A stretch of 64,000 nucleotides of DNA from Clostridia bacterium. GTDB taxonomy: Bacteria; Bacillota; Clostridia; TANB77; CAG-465. Positions 30,578 through 40,920 of the stretch are shown piece by piece. The DNA is taken from the NCBI GenBank assembly GCA_045611765.1, contig JAZKXT010000006.1, forward strand, positions 32,203 to 96,202, read 5' to 3'. The notes below the pieces were generated by a model. It saw only the letters and a program-made list of their open reading frames with translations. It did no database searches and was not told the DNA's origin. Both the position numbers and the translations under genes were made by a program. How positions within the stretch are numbered: position 1 is the first letter of the stretch; every line of letters starts with the position of its first letter.

Positions 30578-32695
30578 TTATTCTTCTTTCTTTTTTCTAG
30601 TTGTTATCCTTGGTTTCTTTACAGGAACGGCATTAACTTTTGTTGCTTTTTTTGTGTTTCCACTTTGACTAAAATTGTCTTCAACAACCTTATACATCCA
30701 AGCCGCCGAACCAGTATACCAAGTCCAACCACCACGTCCTATATGATTTTCATTGGCATAAACATCTGCCGCTACAACGTAAGGCTCAACCATATATATG
30801 TCAGCTTTATCTTTACTATCACTGTGATTTATTGGATTTAAAATGTGTAATATATCTAAAGCTTTTTCGGGCTCCCCTATTTCGAAATATGCTTTTGCAA
30901 GCCATATAGCGCCATGCGTATATTGACCGCCATTTTCTCTTACCCCAGGAACATAAGCTTTTATATATCCTGGATTATATTTTGGATTATCAAAAGGTGG
31001 ATTTAATAGTTTTACAACATTGTGTTTTCTATCTACTAAATATTTTTCTGCTGATTCTAGGCTAGATTTTATTTCGTCTTTTGTATCTATATAATCCTTT
31101 AAAGCTATTGCCGCCCAAGCTTGAGATATTAAGTCAATCTTACACTGTTCACTGTCAGGGGTTCCGAGAGGTGTTCCATCTGGGAAAAACGCCCTAGCAA
31201 AGTAATCTCCTGTCCAAGCAGAAGCAAATATGGCGTGTTTTAAAACGTGTCTTTCGCTCATGAATCTCATTTTGTTTACTTCATCCATTTTTAAATCTGC
31301 TATTTTTATAAATCTATCCAGTATATCCATCATAAAGAATGTAAGCCATACTGATTCACCTTTGATATTACTAAATCCGTCATTCCAATCGCCATCACCT
31401 ATAGATAAAAGTCCATGTCTACCTTTTCTAGATAGCCCATATTTAATAGCAATAAGCGCATGGTCATAAATACTTGCCGAGTTTTCTGTAGGAGCAAAAT
31501 AATCATAAAGTTCATCCCTATCTCCTAGCGGCTTATCCTCAAGGAAAGGAGCTTTTTCTTTTAATATTGATTCGTCCCCGGTTTTTAATATATACTCGCT
31601 TAATACGTAAGGTAACCATAGATAATCGTCACTAAAACGCGTTCTTATGCCTCTAGAATTATGTTCGTGCCACCAATGAAGAACATCACCTTGTTCGAAT
31701 TGTTTGGCAGCATGTTTTAAGATCTGAGCTCTTGTCCTTTGAGGCCATGATGAAATTAATGCAAGTGAATCTTGCAGTTGGTCTCTATAACCAAACGCGC
31801 CACCAGCTTGATATAAGCCTGTTCTTGCAAACAATCTTGATGCGATAGCTTGGTACATAAGCCAACCATTTGCCATTATATCTACATATTCATTTCCAGT
31901 ACTAAAATTACGAACTACTTTATTTCTCCAATACATTTTAGTGTTTTCATATTCACTAAATATGTTCTTTTCATCGTTATATTTATTTATAACATTTTCT
32001 ATTACCTCTAGGCCTTGGTCAGTTGCGCCAAATAAAATTGCTATCGTCGCTTGGTGGTCCTTTTTTACCATGCACTTAACACGTATTACTTTTTCGTCTT
32101 CATCATATTCGATGGAACCTTCTGAATCGTTTAATAAAATTGCCTTAGCATAGGATATCACATTGCTAAAAAATTCATTGTATGGATTTTTAAAATACAA
32201 CATGTCATTTTCACACTTGCATAGTACATAACTACTAGAAACTTCTTTAGCCACTCCCATTACCATATCTGGTCGATACTCTATAACAATTTCTTTATCT
32301 AGAGGTCTATTATTAGTAAGTGTTATGTAGTGAATTTTAACATCATCATCCATAGGAACAAATACATCCATATTTCTTTCTATGTTACCAAATTCACCTT
32401 TTACCTTAACATAGCCAAAACCATAGGTTAAGTTGTACGCGTTATCAAAAACGCCTTTAAAATGCTCTCCTGGAACAAAATCAGCCCAATCATTACACCA
32501 ATGTGTAAGTTTAAACTCTCCTGCATTTTTATAAAAAGAATATACTGTTCCATAAGTGGAAATTAGTGTTCCAAATCTTTCGTTTGTTAGAACGTTACAC
32601 CAAGGAAGCGGAGTATGAGTGTTCAAAATCTCATACTCATCTCCTGTTTTATTAAATCCGCCATATCCGTTAAAAGCTTTATATGTTTTATTCAT
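30578..32695 (-). CDS. GH94-family glycoside phosphorylase-like protein (cellobiose/chitobiose phosphorylase fold, corresponding to the C-terminal domain of cyclic beta-1,2-glucan synthase)
   Basis: GGQYTHGAIWLAKAYFEIGEPEKALDIL and GRGGWTWYTGSAAWMY are typical of GH94/GT36 catalytic domains. The start overlaps the upstream stop by 8 nt (ATGAATAA). Confidence 0.7.
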   Translation of the reverse strand: MNKTYKAFNGYGGFNKTGDEYEILNTHTPLPWCNVLTNERFGTLISTYGTVYSFYKNAGEFKLTHWCNDWADFVPGEHFKGVFDNAYNLTYGFGYVKVKGEFGNIERNMDVFVPMDDDVKIHYITLTNNRPLDKEIVIEYRPDMVMGVAKEVSSSYVLCKCENDMLYFKNPYNEFFSNVISYAKAILLNDSEGSIEYDEDEKVIRVKCMVKKDHQATIAILFGATDQGLEVIENVINKYNDEKNIFSEYENTKMYWRNKVVRNFSTGNEYVDIMANGWLMYQAIASRLFARTGLYQAGGAFGYRDQLQDSLALISSWPQRTRAQILKHAAKQFEQGDVLHWWHEHNSRGIRTRFSDDYLWLPYVLSEYILKTGDESILKEKAPFLEDKPLGDRDELYDYFAPTENSASIYDHALIAIKYGLSRKGRHGLLSIGDGDWNDGFSNIKGESVWLTFFMMDILDRFIKIADLKMDEVNKMRFMSERHVLKHAIFASAWTGDYFARAFFPDGTPLGTPDSEQCKIDLISQAWAAIALKDYIDTKDEIKSSLESAEKYLVDRKHNVVKLLNPPFDNPKYNPGYIKAYVPGVRENGGQYTHGAIWLAKAYFEIGEPEKALDILHILNPINHSDSKDKADIYMVEPYVVAADVYANENHIGRGGWTWYTGSAAWMYKVVEDNFSQSGNTKKATKVNAVPVKKPRITTRKKKEE

Positions 32696-35600
32696 CCGCT
32701 TTCACCTCATCCCATGTGTTTACTTCCTTGTTTATCTTTGGCATAAACTCTTCAATATCTTTAATTACGTGTTTGCCAACCAAATCAAACAAACCTCTTT
32801 CATCCTCTGGTATATTATTTAAATTAACTATATATATATTTCCTTTTGTATATGACATATATACAACTTTCTTAAGAATATCTTCAATATGTGTTTTTAT
32901 AGGTTCACCACTATATAGTTCTTCATCTACAAGTAGTACTATATCCACATCTACTTTTCTATATTTTGCATAATCCATAAATGATATTATTTCATCTACT
33001 ATTGCAGAATCTTCAAGTCTTCCTATTTTTACTGTCATAATTGGTATATCACCAGAAATGCCATATTTCCAAAGCATTGATTGACTAAATGATGCATTCC
33101 AAAAAGCGCTTTTATCCATATTCTTGTCTGAACCAAACATCAATTTAGCAATAATACTATTATATGCTTCCGCCTTACCCGGTTTTAATTTAAGATATTT
33201 TGCATTAACATTTTCTTTTTGAGCAGCAAACATAGCTTCTTTTTCTAGCGAATCATAATCCGCATTTACAATTGTATGAGAAATATTATATTTCGTATCT
33301 GCTGCGCCTGTTAAATAATAGAATGTTTGTGTTTCGCCGGGTTCTAACAATATCCTTGCCCTATATGACATTACTGGCCATAATGGGTATTTTACAAATT
33401 CTCCATCATAAGCCGTTTTGCCGCCATTAGATACAAGTTTAGATTTTTCTGTTTCCATTTCGTACTCGAAATCTATTCCTACCAATTTGGCAAACACATA
33501 AAATTCTTCTTCATCATTATTTCTAGAACGTTTTTTAGCAATGAGAGCTCCTAAATGTTCATCATAGTCTTCCTCTATTAAAAGGCTGTTAAATGCTGGA
33601 TGAATAATATTAGCTTTTTCCTCTGTCATTGCAAGTTCCAACTCGGTATTAATTACTATTTCTTTTCTCTCTTGTGAGGCGTTATATAATGTGTACTTGC
33701 GTATTTCCATATTATATTTAGGTGCTATAGAAATATTTGTTATTGTTTCTATATCTCCATCTTTTCTTCTATATTCGCTAGCAGCAAGTGAGTATGCTAA
33801 TGAATAGCTATCTGGTTCTTTATAATTTGGAGCATATGTTCCAGACCAAATCATTCCTGTTGATTTGTCTGTAAATATTACTTGATTTCCAAGAGTAATA
33901 TCCTTTACATATCTATTTTTTGTAATTGCATAATTTTTATAGTACATAAAGTTTGAACCATCATCTGTAAGCATAGTAGTGATTTTGCCGTTTGTATGAA
34001 TGTTTATCATTGGCATAAGTCTATTTTTAAACTTAGCATAATCTTCATATGATATGTGGCTTGTAAACTCCTCTTTTGCTGTTTGAACAAATTTGTTATA
34101 CCTAGAATGTATATTTTCTTTTATAGGAACAGCAAGTGGTATTCTTTCTTTTAAAAGGATCTCAGCCGCATCAATACTTGGATTTTCGTGGAATCTATTT
34201 TGTATAATTCCATCATTTATGTAATTGTTTATTGCTGTTAATATCATGCCCTGATGATGCGCCATATATGTTTTTACAACTTCATATTTTTTGTTTTTAC
34301 CAATATGAGTTTTAGTAAAGTCTACCGCTTCGTAAAATCCAAAATTAGAATATGAGTTATACTTCCTCAACGTTTTTATATTATTATAAACTTTCTTAGG
34401 AGCATATTGTAAACACATAAGAGACGAATAAGGAGATACAACCATATTATCATTTAAGCCCCTCTTAAGCCCCAACCAAGGTATTCCAAACGCTTTATAT
34501 TGATAATTTTGCTCGTTATCTTGAACAGCAAAAGCAGATTCAGATACACCCCAAGGCACTCCCACCGCTCTTGCATAATTCATTTGACTATCTAATGCAA
34601 AGCTTAATGCTTCATCGACTAGCGTATATTTATATGTTTTAGTAAATAGGTTTGGCATAAAGTACTCAAAACATGTTCCGCTCCATGATATAAGTCCTTT
34701 TGAACCATTCGCTTTAACTAGATTACGCGCTAGCGCAAACCAGTGTTTTGAAGTTATTTGAGACGTTGCTATTGCTATCATACTCGTAAGTCTTGATTCA
34801 GACATTAGCATATCATAATAACTGTCTACCAATTTATTTCCTTCAAGATCATATCCTATGGAGAATATATTTCTGGATTTAGCATATAGTTTTGTAAAGT
34901 CAACTTCATTTATAACGTCTCTACATATGCCTAACATTTCATTAACTTGTGCATGTAGTTTTTCTATAACTATCTTAGATTTAGATAATTTCTTTAAGAA
35001 TATTTCTGCCACGTAAATACTAGCAATAAAGTTTCCACTATCTACTGTAGATATAAATCTTGGTCTTAATGGCTCTAAGGTTCTTGTATTATACCAGTTA
35101 TACAAATGACCGTTCCATTTTGGCAGCTTTTGTATAGTACTCAGTATGTTATGCATTTTATTTACAGCTTCTTCTAAAGCAATATATTCAAGGTCGTATG
35201 CATTAATTATTGCCATTATTCCATAACCTATATTTGTTGATGATGTTCTACCAACAACTTTTGGACGTCTATTTTCTTGATAGTTATCTGGCGGCAAGAA
35301 ATTACTTGCTTCATTCATTGTGCTATCAAAAAACTTCCAAGTCCTCTTTCCTATTTCTAATATGTCTTGTCTTTCCTTGTTATCTAACTTTCCGGTAGAT
35401 TCAAATATTACTTTTTTGCTCATTATATATGCTGCATAAGGGGCTATCAATATAAATCCTGTAAATATTAAAGTGAATATTTGCTTGCCGTAAGAAAAAT
35501 CGTTTAGTGCTACCATAACAATAAGTAAAGCTGCGTATAAAAGGTTTGGCATCATATTTTTATATACATATGGCAATTTTTCTTTTGCGCCTTTTTCAAT

Positions 35601-38222
35601 AGTTTCAGCTGTCGCCCATTCAAGAAGTTTTTTCTTTGATATAAACATTCTATATAATGACGTGCAGAATGCATTTAATGTAGTCCAAGCTTTATATGGT
35701 AAAGTAATTATATTAAATACCATTTTTAAAAGATTGGCTCTAAGCCCATAAATCACTGGTATATATTGTTTTTGTTTTCTTTCAGCATTTCTCCCAAAAA
35801 CTAATTGGTCAAGTACTGATAACAAATATCCAAAGTTCATTACTGTAAATGTAACGATTACCGAATAAGTGAAGCTGTTTCCCGGTATAAATATTGATAC
35901 TATTAAAAGTAACATTGAAAGAATGTCCAATGCTTCTCTTCTTAGGTTGTCAAAAATTTTCCAACGAGATAATAAATTTAGTCCACTCTTTGGTCTAAAC
36001 AACCAAGATATTATCTGCATATCACCTCTAAACCATCTGTGATTTCTTTTCATATATGCAATAAAGTTTGATGGGAAGCCATCTTGTACTTCTACATCAG
36101 ATGCAAGTCCCGTTCTCATAAAACTGCCTTCTAAAAGGTCGTGACTTAATATTAGATTTTCAGGCACTTTATCTCCTATTAACTTATCAAAAAGTTCTAT
36201 ATCATAAATACCTTTACCTGTATAGATGGCCTCTTTAAACAGATCTTGATATACATTAGATATTGCATTTGTATATATGTCTAATCCGCCGAATCCGCCG
36301 AATACTTTTGAGAATATGCTATTGTTTGCAGATTCTATATCTAATCCCACTGCTGGTTGTATTAGTCCATAACCAGATTTTACTGTCTTTCCATTTTTAG
36401 AAAGTACTGGTTTATTTAGCGGATGTGATATAATTGCAACTAACTCTTTTGCTGAATTAAGAGAAAGCGATGTATCCTCGTCTATAGTTATCATGTATTT
36501 AACTTCAGGAATTTCTCTGTGTGCCAAGTACATACTATTTGCTATTTGGCCATCCGAAAGTTTATTTAAAAGAAGTGAGTTTAACTCTGTTAAAGCACCA
36601 CGTTTTCTCTCCCAACCCATATAGCAACCTTCAGATTCCGAATACACTCTTTTTCTGTATAAAAAGTTAAACAATTTTGGCTCTGATGGATATTTTGCAT
36701 TTAGTTCATCTATTAATTTTTTACCATGTTTTACCACCTTGTAGTCTAGGTCGATATATTCCTTATCACTCGATGTACAGTCGCCAAGCAACATATAATA
36801 CATGTTTTGTGAACGGTTGGCAAGATATGTTACTTCCATCTTTCTTATCATCTTATCTAATTTTTCTGTAGAATTAATCACTGTAGGCATTGCTATCATG
36901 GTACTTGTCTCTTTGTCTATAGTCTTTGCAAAGTTAAATCTAGGAAGTGGTTCTGGTCTAACCAACTTTCCAACAAAATATGCTATAGTTTTATCTGCAA
37001 TTTCCATTCCATATGCAAATAGAACAATATCTATTATGACTCTGTACAATATACTAAAGTTTCCTATAAACACTCTATCTACAAATGCTGTAAATATTGT
37101 GGCTATAGCAAGTATGGATAATATATATATATATGCTTTTATAGGTCTAAAAATATAGTTATTGAATGTTATTCCGAAAGTACTTCTCTTCATCATTTTA
37201 ATTAAAAGTACCTTGTCTTCACCAATCAAAAAATGCCCCACGTGTTTTTCGTATTTGTATGAGCATTCTACTGCCTTCTTAGCAACATACATTTCAGAAA
37301 CCTTATATTTCTTAGCAAGTTTTATTATTGTATGTCTATATCTTGCTTTTGTCTTATGATCACACTTTATATACTCTTTTGTATAATCTTCTTTTAATAT
37401 TTCATCTATTCTGTTTACATTAACTATTACATCACCCCAGTTAGTTGATGCAACTGTTTTCATAGACATAATAGAGTTAGATATAAGGCTTGTAGTTTTT
37501 GCTATTTCATCGTGTTCTTTTTCTATTGCTTCATCTATTGTGAAACCAGTTTTAGTTGTTTCTTCTTTAAACTCTTCAAAAAACTCTTCACCTCTAGATC
37601 CCAAGTCTTTTAGTCTATATGCCATATATTCTACATACGCTGTATTGCTAGTTTTTACACCTGTATTTACAGTAAGTTCGTTTTTAATATTTCTTATACT
37701 CTTTAACGATTTGGTAGTTATTTTGTCGGCATATCTAGAAATAGCTTTGTTAAGTCTTTTTTCCACTTTAAGCTTTTGCATCTCAGCATTAAATATATTA
37801 ACACATATCCTCTTTATATATTTTATAAGAGCAACTCTAATCATTATTGGAAGGACTGACAATTCTTCAAATGTTACATAAGTGTTTTTTTGAAACTCTC
37901 TAACGTAGTTACTTACGATTCCATCGTCCACAATTCCATTGTTGCGACTTACTATCTCATCGGCCATAAACATGATCCTTAAAGAGTGTTTGTTGTCCGC
38001 CGGTTTTACTGTAGGCATGCCAACCTTAATTTCAAAACGCAATGCGTTTTTTGCTATATTATATTCTTGTTCTATAATATACATGTTATCTAATAGCCAT
38101 TGACCAGCAGAATGTGAAGGGATTTTTAAATCACTATTCATATTAAGCAAGTCATAAGTGGCTTTAATTATTCTAAAAGAATTCTTTAATTCGTAGTCCA
38201 TTTCAAATAAGAAATCTTGCAT
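32688..38222 (-). CDS. Cyclic beta-1,2-glucan synthase-like multidomain membrane protein (NdvB/Cgs-like: N-terminal soluble region, multi-TM GT84-like glycosyltransferase, glucan-processing alpha/alpha-barrel-like domain)
   Basis: 1844 aa. GT motifs ITIDEDTSL (D.D) and NHRWFRGDMQ (xRW). At least 10 TM helices flank the GT domain. Followed by a coupled GH94 gene. Confidence 0.65.
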   Translation of the reverse strand: MQDFLFEMDYELKNSFRIIKATYDLLNMNSDLKIPSHSAGQWLLDNMYIIEQEYNIAKNALRFEIKVGMPTVKPADNKHSLRIMFMADEIVSRNNGIVDDGIVSNYVREFQKNTYVTFEELSVLPIMIRVALIKYIKRICVNIFNAEMQKLKVEKRLNKAISRYADKITTKSLKSIRNIKNELTVNTGVKTSNTAYVEYMAYRLKDLGSRGEEFFEEFKEETTKTGFTIDEAIEKEHDEIAKTTSLISNSIMSMKTVASTNWGDVIVNVNRIDEILKEDYTKEYIKCDHKTKARYRHTIIKLAKKYKVSEMYVAKKAVECSYKYEKHVGHFLIGEDKVLLIKMMKRSTFGITFNNYIFRPIKAYIYILSILAIATIFTAFVDRVFIGNFSILYRVIIDIVLFAYGMEIADKTIAYFVGKLVRPEPLPRFNFAKTIDKETSTMIAMPTVINSTEKLDKMIRKMEVTYLANRSQNMYYMLLGDCTSSDKEYIDLDYKVVKHGKKLIDELNAKYPSEPKLFNFLYRKRVYSESEGCYMGWERKRGALTELNSLLLNKLSDGQIANSMYLAHREIPEVKYMITIDEDTSLSLNSAKELVAIISHPLNKPVLSKNGKTVKSGYGLIQPAVGLDIESANNSIFSKVFGGFGGLDIYTNAISNVYQDLFKEAIYTGKGIYDIELFDKLIGDKVPENLILSHDLLEGSFMRTGLASDVEVQDGFPSNFIAYMKRNHRWFRGDMQIISWLFRPKSGLNLLSRWKIFDNLRREALDILSMLLLIVSIFIPGNSFTYSVIVTFTVMNFGYLLSVLDQLVFGRNAERKQKQYIPVIYGLRANLLKMVFNIITLPYKAWTTLNAFCTSLYRMFISKKKLLEWATAETIEKGAKEKLPYVYKNMMPNLLYAALLIVMVALNDFSYGKQIFTLIFTGFILIAPYAAYIMSKKVIFESTGKLDNKERQDILEIGKRTWKFFDSTMNEASNFLPPDNYQENRRPKVVGRTSSTNIGYGIMAIINAYDLEYIALEEAVNKMHNILSTIQKLPKWNGHLYNWYNTRTLEPLRPRFISTVDSGNFIASIYVAEIFLKKLSKSKIVIEKLHAQVNEMLGICRDVINEVDFTKLYAKSRNIFSIGYDLEGNKLVDSYYDMLMSESRLTSMIAIATSQITSKHWFALARNLVKANGSKGLISWSGTCFEYFMPNLFTKTYKYTLVDEALSFALDSQMNYARAVGVPWGVSESAFAVQDNEQNYQYKAFGIPWLGLKRGLNDNMVVSPYSSLMCLQYAPKKVYNNIKTLRKYNSYSNFGFYEAVDFTKTHIGKNKKYEVVKTYMAHHQGMILTAINNYINDGIIQNRFHENPSIDAAEILLKERIPLAVPIKENIHSRYNKFVQTAKEEFTSHISYEDYAKFKNRLMPMINIHTNGKITTMLTDDGSNFMYYKNYAITKNRYVKDITLGNQVIFTDKSTGMIWSGTYAPNYKEPDSYSLAYSLAASEYRRKDGDIETITNISIAPKYNMEIRKYTLYNASQERKEIVINTELELAMTEEKANIIHPAFNSLLIEEDYDEHLGALIAKKRSRNNDEEEFYVFAKLVGIDFEYEMETEKSKLVSNGGKTAYDGEFVKYPLWPVMSYRARILLEPGETQTFYYLTGAADTKYNISHTIVNADYDSLEKEAMFAAQKENVNAKYLKLKPGKAEAYNSIIAKLMFGSDKNMDKSAFWNASFSQSMLWKYGISGDIPIMTVKIGRLEDSAIVDEIISFMDYAKYRKVDVDIVLLVDEELYSGEPIKTHIEDILKKVVYMSYTKGNIYIVNLNNIPEDERGLFDLVGKHVIKDIEEFMPKINKEVNTWDEVKADE

Positions 38223-38350
38223 ATTTTCACCTCTTAATCATTCATTTGGATTATATACTAAACACATAATATTTTCAAGGCTTTTAGAGTATTATTTGCA
38301 CTTTATTTGGTTAATATTTTGTTTCTACTTTTTACCAATTTTTGCGTTCT

Positions 38351-38380
38351 AAAAAGGCACGGAAAAACCGTGCCTTTGAA
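38351..38380 (-). terminator. Rho-independent terminator
   Basis: AAAGGCACGG-aaaaa-CCGTGCCTTT. Confidence 0.7.
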
Positions 38381-38398
38381 TATTCAAAATTAAAATTA

Positions 38399-38887
38399 TT
38401 ATAATTTTTTATTGTCTTTTTTAGATGTAATTTTTTTCTTAATGTACTTTATTAATTCGTATACCATAACCGGTGTAAGCAGTATTAATAATAATATACA
38501 AGATGACATGTAACCAATTGAAAAACCAAATAAAACGAAGATTAATGTAAATGTTATACTAGAGCCAATTCGATTATCTCTTATTATAGCATTAATAAAC
38601 TCATTATTCTCATCAAAGAATGCTTCTAAAATATGCCGTTCGCCCTTTATTTCAACCGTCATTCCTGAATCTTCGAGCTTTATTGTTGCGTCTTCTAGCA
38701 GGTAGATACTGCTAGTATCCTCTTTCACCATTTCTAATTGTTCATAATGCTTTTGTAGTTCAGCCGCATCTATTGGAACTTGCATATCAACAATGACAAA
38801 CAGTAGTGCAAGTAGTGCGCAACATAGGCCAATGGCGATTAGCCAGTCATGACCTTTTTCACCTAAATAGTTCTTATACTTCTCCAT
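38399..38887 (-). CDS. Hypothetical membrane protein
   Basis: TM segments. Start at 38887 is preceded by AAAGGGG. Confidence 0.4.
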   Translation of the reverse strand: MEKYKNYLGEKGHDWLIAIGLCCALLALLFVIVDMQVPIDAAELQKHYEQLEMVKEDTSSIYLLEDATIKLEDSGMTVEIKGERHILEAFFDENNEFINAIIRDNRIGSSITFTLIFVLFGFSIGYMSSCILLLILLTPVMVYELIKYIKKKITSKKDNKKL

Positions 38888-39135
38888 AGAATCTATCCCC
38901 TTTAAAATATATATTAAACTATTATAACATACCTTAACGCTATCGTTAACAACTGCATACATTGCCTATACATCTAGCAATAAAACAGTACTAATTTTCT
39001 CATCTCCTTATAAATTATTATTAAGGATATATTAAACAGTCTTTAATTATTATACAACATTGTTTACATAATGTCAAGCACAAGCTTAAATGTATACATA
39101 AAACCAAGACAGTACGTCTTGGTTTTATATGTTTA

Positions 39136-39627
39136 TTATTCATCTTGCTCTTGAGTTTGACTTTTTGCTTCTGTTTTAGCCTGCTTTTCCTTCTCCAGTT
39201 TAGATAATGCAATATCCAGTGCACCAAGCAGAATAAACGACCAACCAGCCGTTACAAAAGCTATTGATACCAAGAGAGCTATCGCCGCGCCTAAATTCGT
39301 TCCCAACCTTGAATCTTCAAATTCTTTCGTTAATACCTCTCCCTGTTTGTTATATATTGTCTTTAAAGAACAATCCGCGCTCTCGAACACGACAACAACA
39401 TCGCTTTCATTAATGTAGCAAGTCACTCCGTTTAGCTCGTATGCATTCGCAAAGCTTTGTTGCACTAACTTATCTTTTTCATATAAATTGTTGATTTGAT
39501 CGTCTATGCTTCTTGAAGAATCTAAGAAGATAAATAGCGCGGATAAGGCTGTTGCTATGATTGTAATAAATATAACCATAGCCATCGCGTACTTTTTTAA
39601 AAATTTTCTAGATTTCATAACAATCAC
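39136..39627 (-). CDS. Hypothetical membrane protein with acidic C-terminal tail
   Basis: Two TM helices plus a KQAKTEAKSQTQEQDE tail. Confidence 0.4.
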   Translation of the reverse strand: MIVMKSRKFLKKYAMAMVIFITIIATALSALFIFLDSSRSIDDQINNLYEKDKLVQQSFANAYELNGVTCYINESDVVVVFESADCSLKTIYNKQGEVLTKEFEDSRLGTNLGAAIALLVSIAFVTAGWSFILLGALDIALSKLEKEKQAKTEAKSQTQEQDE

Positions 39628-39702
39628 ACCTCATAAATTATTATAGGGTTAAAAAATAATCCGAGTATATTATACCATACACACGGATTATTTTCAACTA
39701 AT

Positions 39703-40872
39703 TTACAGTTTATCTGCCTCTAATGGAGACATTTCTCTTAATCTTTCTACTATTTCTTTTAGAGAGTCTACAATAAATTCTGCATCTTCTATTGTGTTCA
39801 CCTCACCGTAGGAAATTCTTAAAGAGCCATGAGCTATTTCATGTTTCAAACCGATAGCAAGTAGTACATGAGATGGATCAAGAGAGCCCGACGTACAAGC
39901 ACTTCCACTTGATGCCTGAATTCCCTTCATGTCTAAAAGAAGTAACATTGACTCGCCTTCTATACCTTTAAATGACACGTTAACATTTCCAGGGAGTCTG
40001 TTTTCTTTATGCCCATTCAATTTAACATAAGGTATCTCTTTTAAAATTCTTTCAATAGTATAGTTTCTAAGCTTTATAAGCTTATTATTATACTCGTCTA
40101 AATTAGCATATGCAAGCTCTATTGCTTTTCCCATACCTACTATAGCAGGCACATTTTCTGTTCCCGCACGTTTACCTTTTTCTTGGTGTCCACCTGTTAC
40201 AATTGGGTTAAATTTTACACCTCTTTTAATGTAAGCAGCACCTATTCCTTTTGGCCCATAAAATTTATGCGCAGACATCGAAAGTGCGTCTATTCCCATT
40301 TTTTCCACGTCTATAGCAATATTACCAATCGCTTGAACCGCATCAGTATGGAAATATACCCCTTTAAATCTTGTAACCTTCCCTATTTCTTCTATAGGCT
40401 GCACAGTTCCTATTTCATTGTTTGCAAACATTATTGATACAAGAATAGTTGTGTCTTTTATAGCGTTTCTTACACTATCTGCAGTTATTACGCCCTCTTC
40501 ATCAGTTGCTAGATACGTTACTTCAAAGCCCTCTTTTTCTAAAGCCTTACATGTTTCGAGAACGGCCGGATGCTCAATTTTAGATGTAATTATGTGGTTG
40601 CCTTTACCTTTGTTTGCATAAGCAATTCCACGTATTATCATATTATCTGATTCGCTTCCACCAGCTGTAAAATATATCTCGTCAAATTTGGCACCTATTG
40701 CACTTGCTACTTGCTCACGCGCTTTATCTACAGCGTCTCTTGAAATCTGTCCCATTTTATACGGTGATGAAGCATTACCATACTTCTCTGTAAAGTATGG
40801 TAACATTTCATCTAATACTTCTTTTTTTACATATGTTGTAGCACTATGGTCTACATATATAATTTTGTCCAT
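39703..40872 (-). CDS. iscS: Cysteine desulfurase (NifS/IscS, class V aminotransferase)
   Basis: PLP-lysine region [17 protein letters not shown], active-site SSGSACTS, 389 aa. Confidence 0.85.
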   Translation of the reverse strand: MDKIIYVDHSATTYVKKEVLDEMLPYFTEKYGNASSPYKMGQISRDAVDKAREQVASAIGAKFDEIYFTAGGSESDNMIIRGIAYANKGKGNHIITSKIEHPAVLETCKALEKEGFEVTYLATDEEGVITADSVRNAIKDTTILVSIMFANNEIGTVQPIEEIGKVTRFKGVYFHTDAVQAIGNIAIDVEKMGIDALSMSAHKFYGPKGIGAAYIKRGVKFNPIVTGGHQEKGKRAGTENVPAIVGMGKAIELAYANLDEYNNKLIKLRNYTIERILKEIPYVKLNGHKENRLPGNVNVSFKGIEGESMLLLLDMKGIQASSGSACTSGSLDPSHVLLAIGLKHEIAHGSLRISYGEVNTIEDAEFIVDSLKEIVERLREMSPLEADKL

Positions 40873-40920
40873 TAACTTTTCACCTATTAATCCTTTATAT
40901 ATATTGTACTCAAAGTATTG

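Noticed and set aside
32688-32695. Interpretation of the junction between the 1844-aa and 705-aa ORFs as a frameshift that disrupts a fused Cgs gene
   Set aside because: The junction is a clean ATGA-type overlap (GATGAATAA) with the downstream ATG in good context, which is typical of translational coupling. I kept it as a genuine split and flagged it for read-level confirmation.
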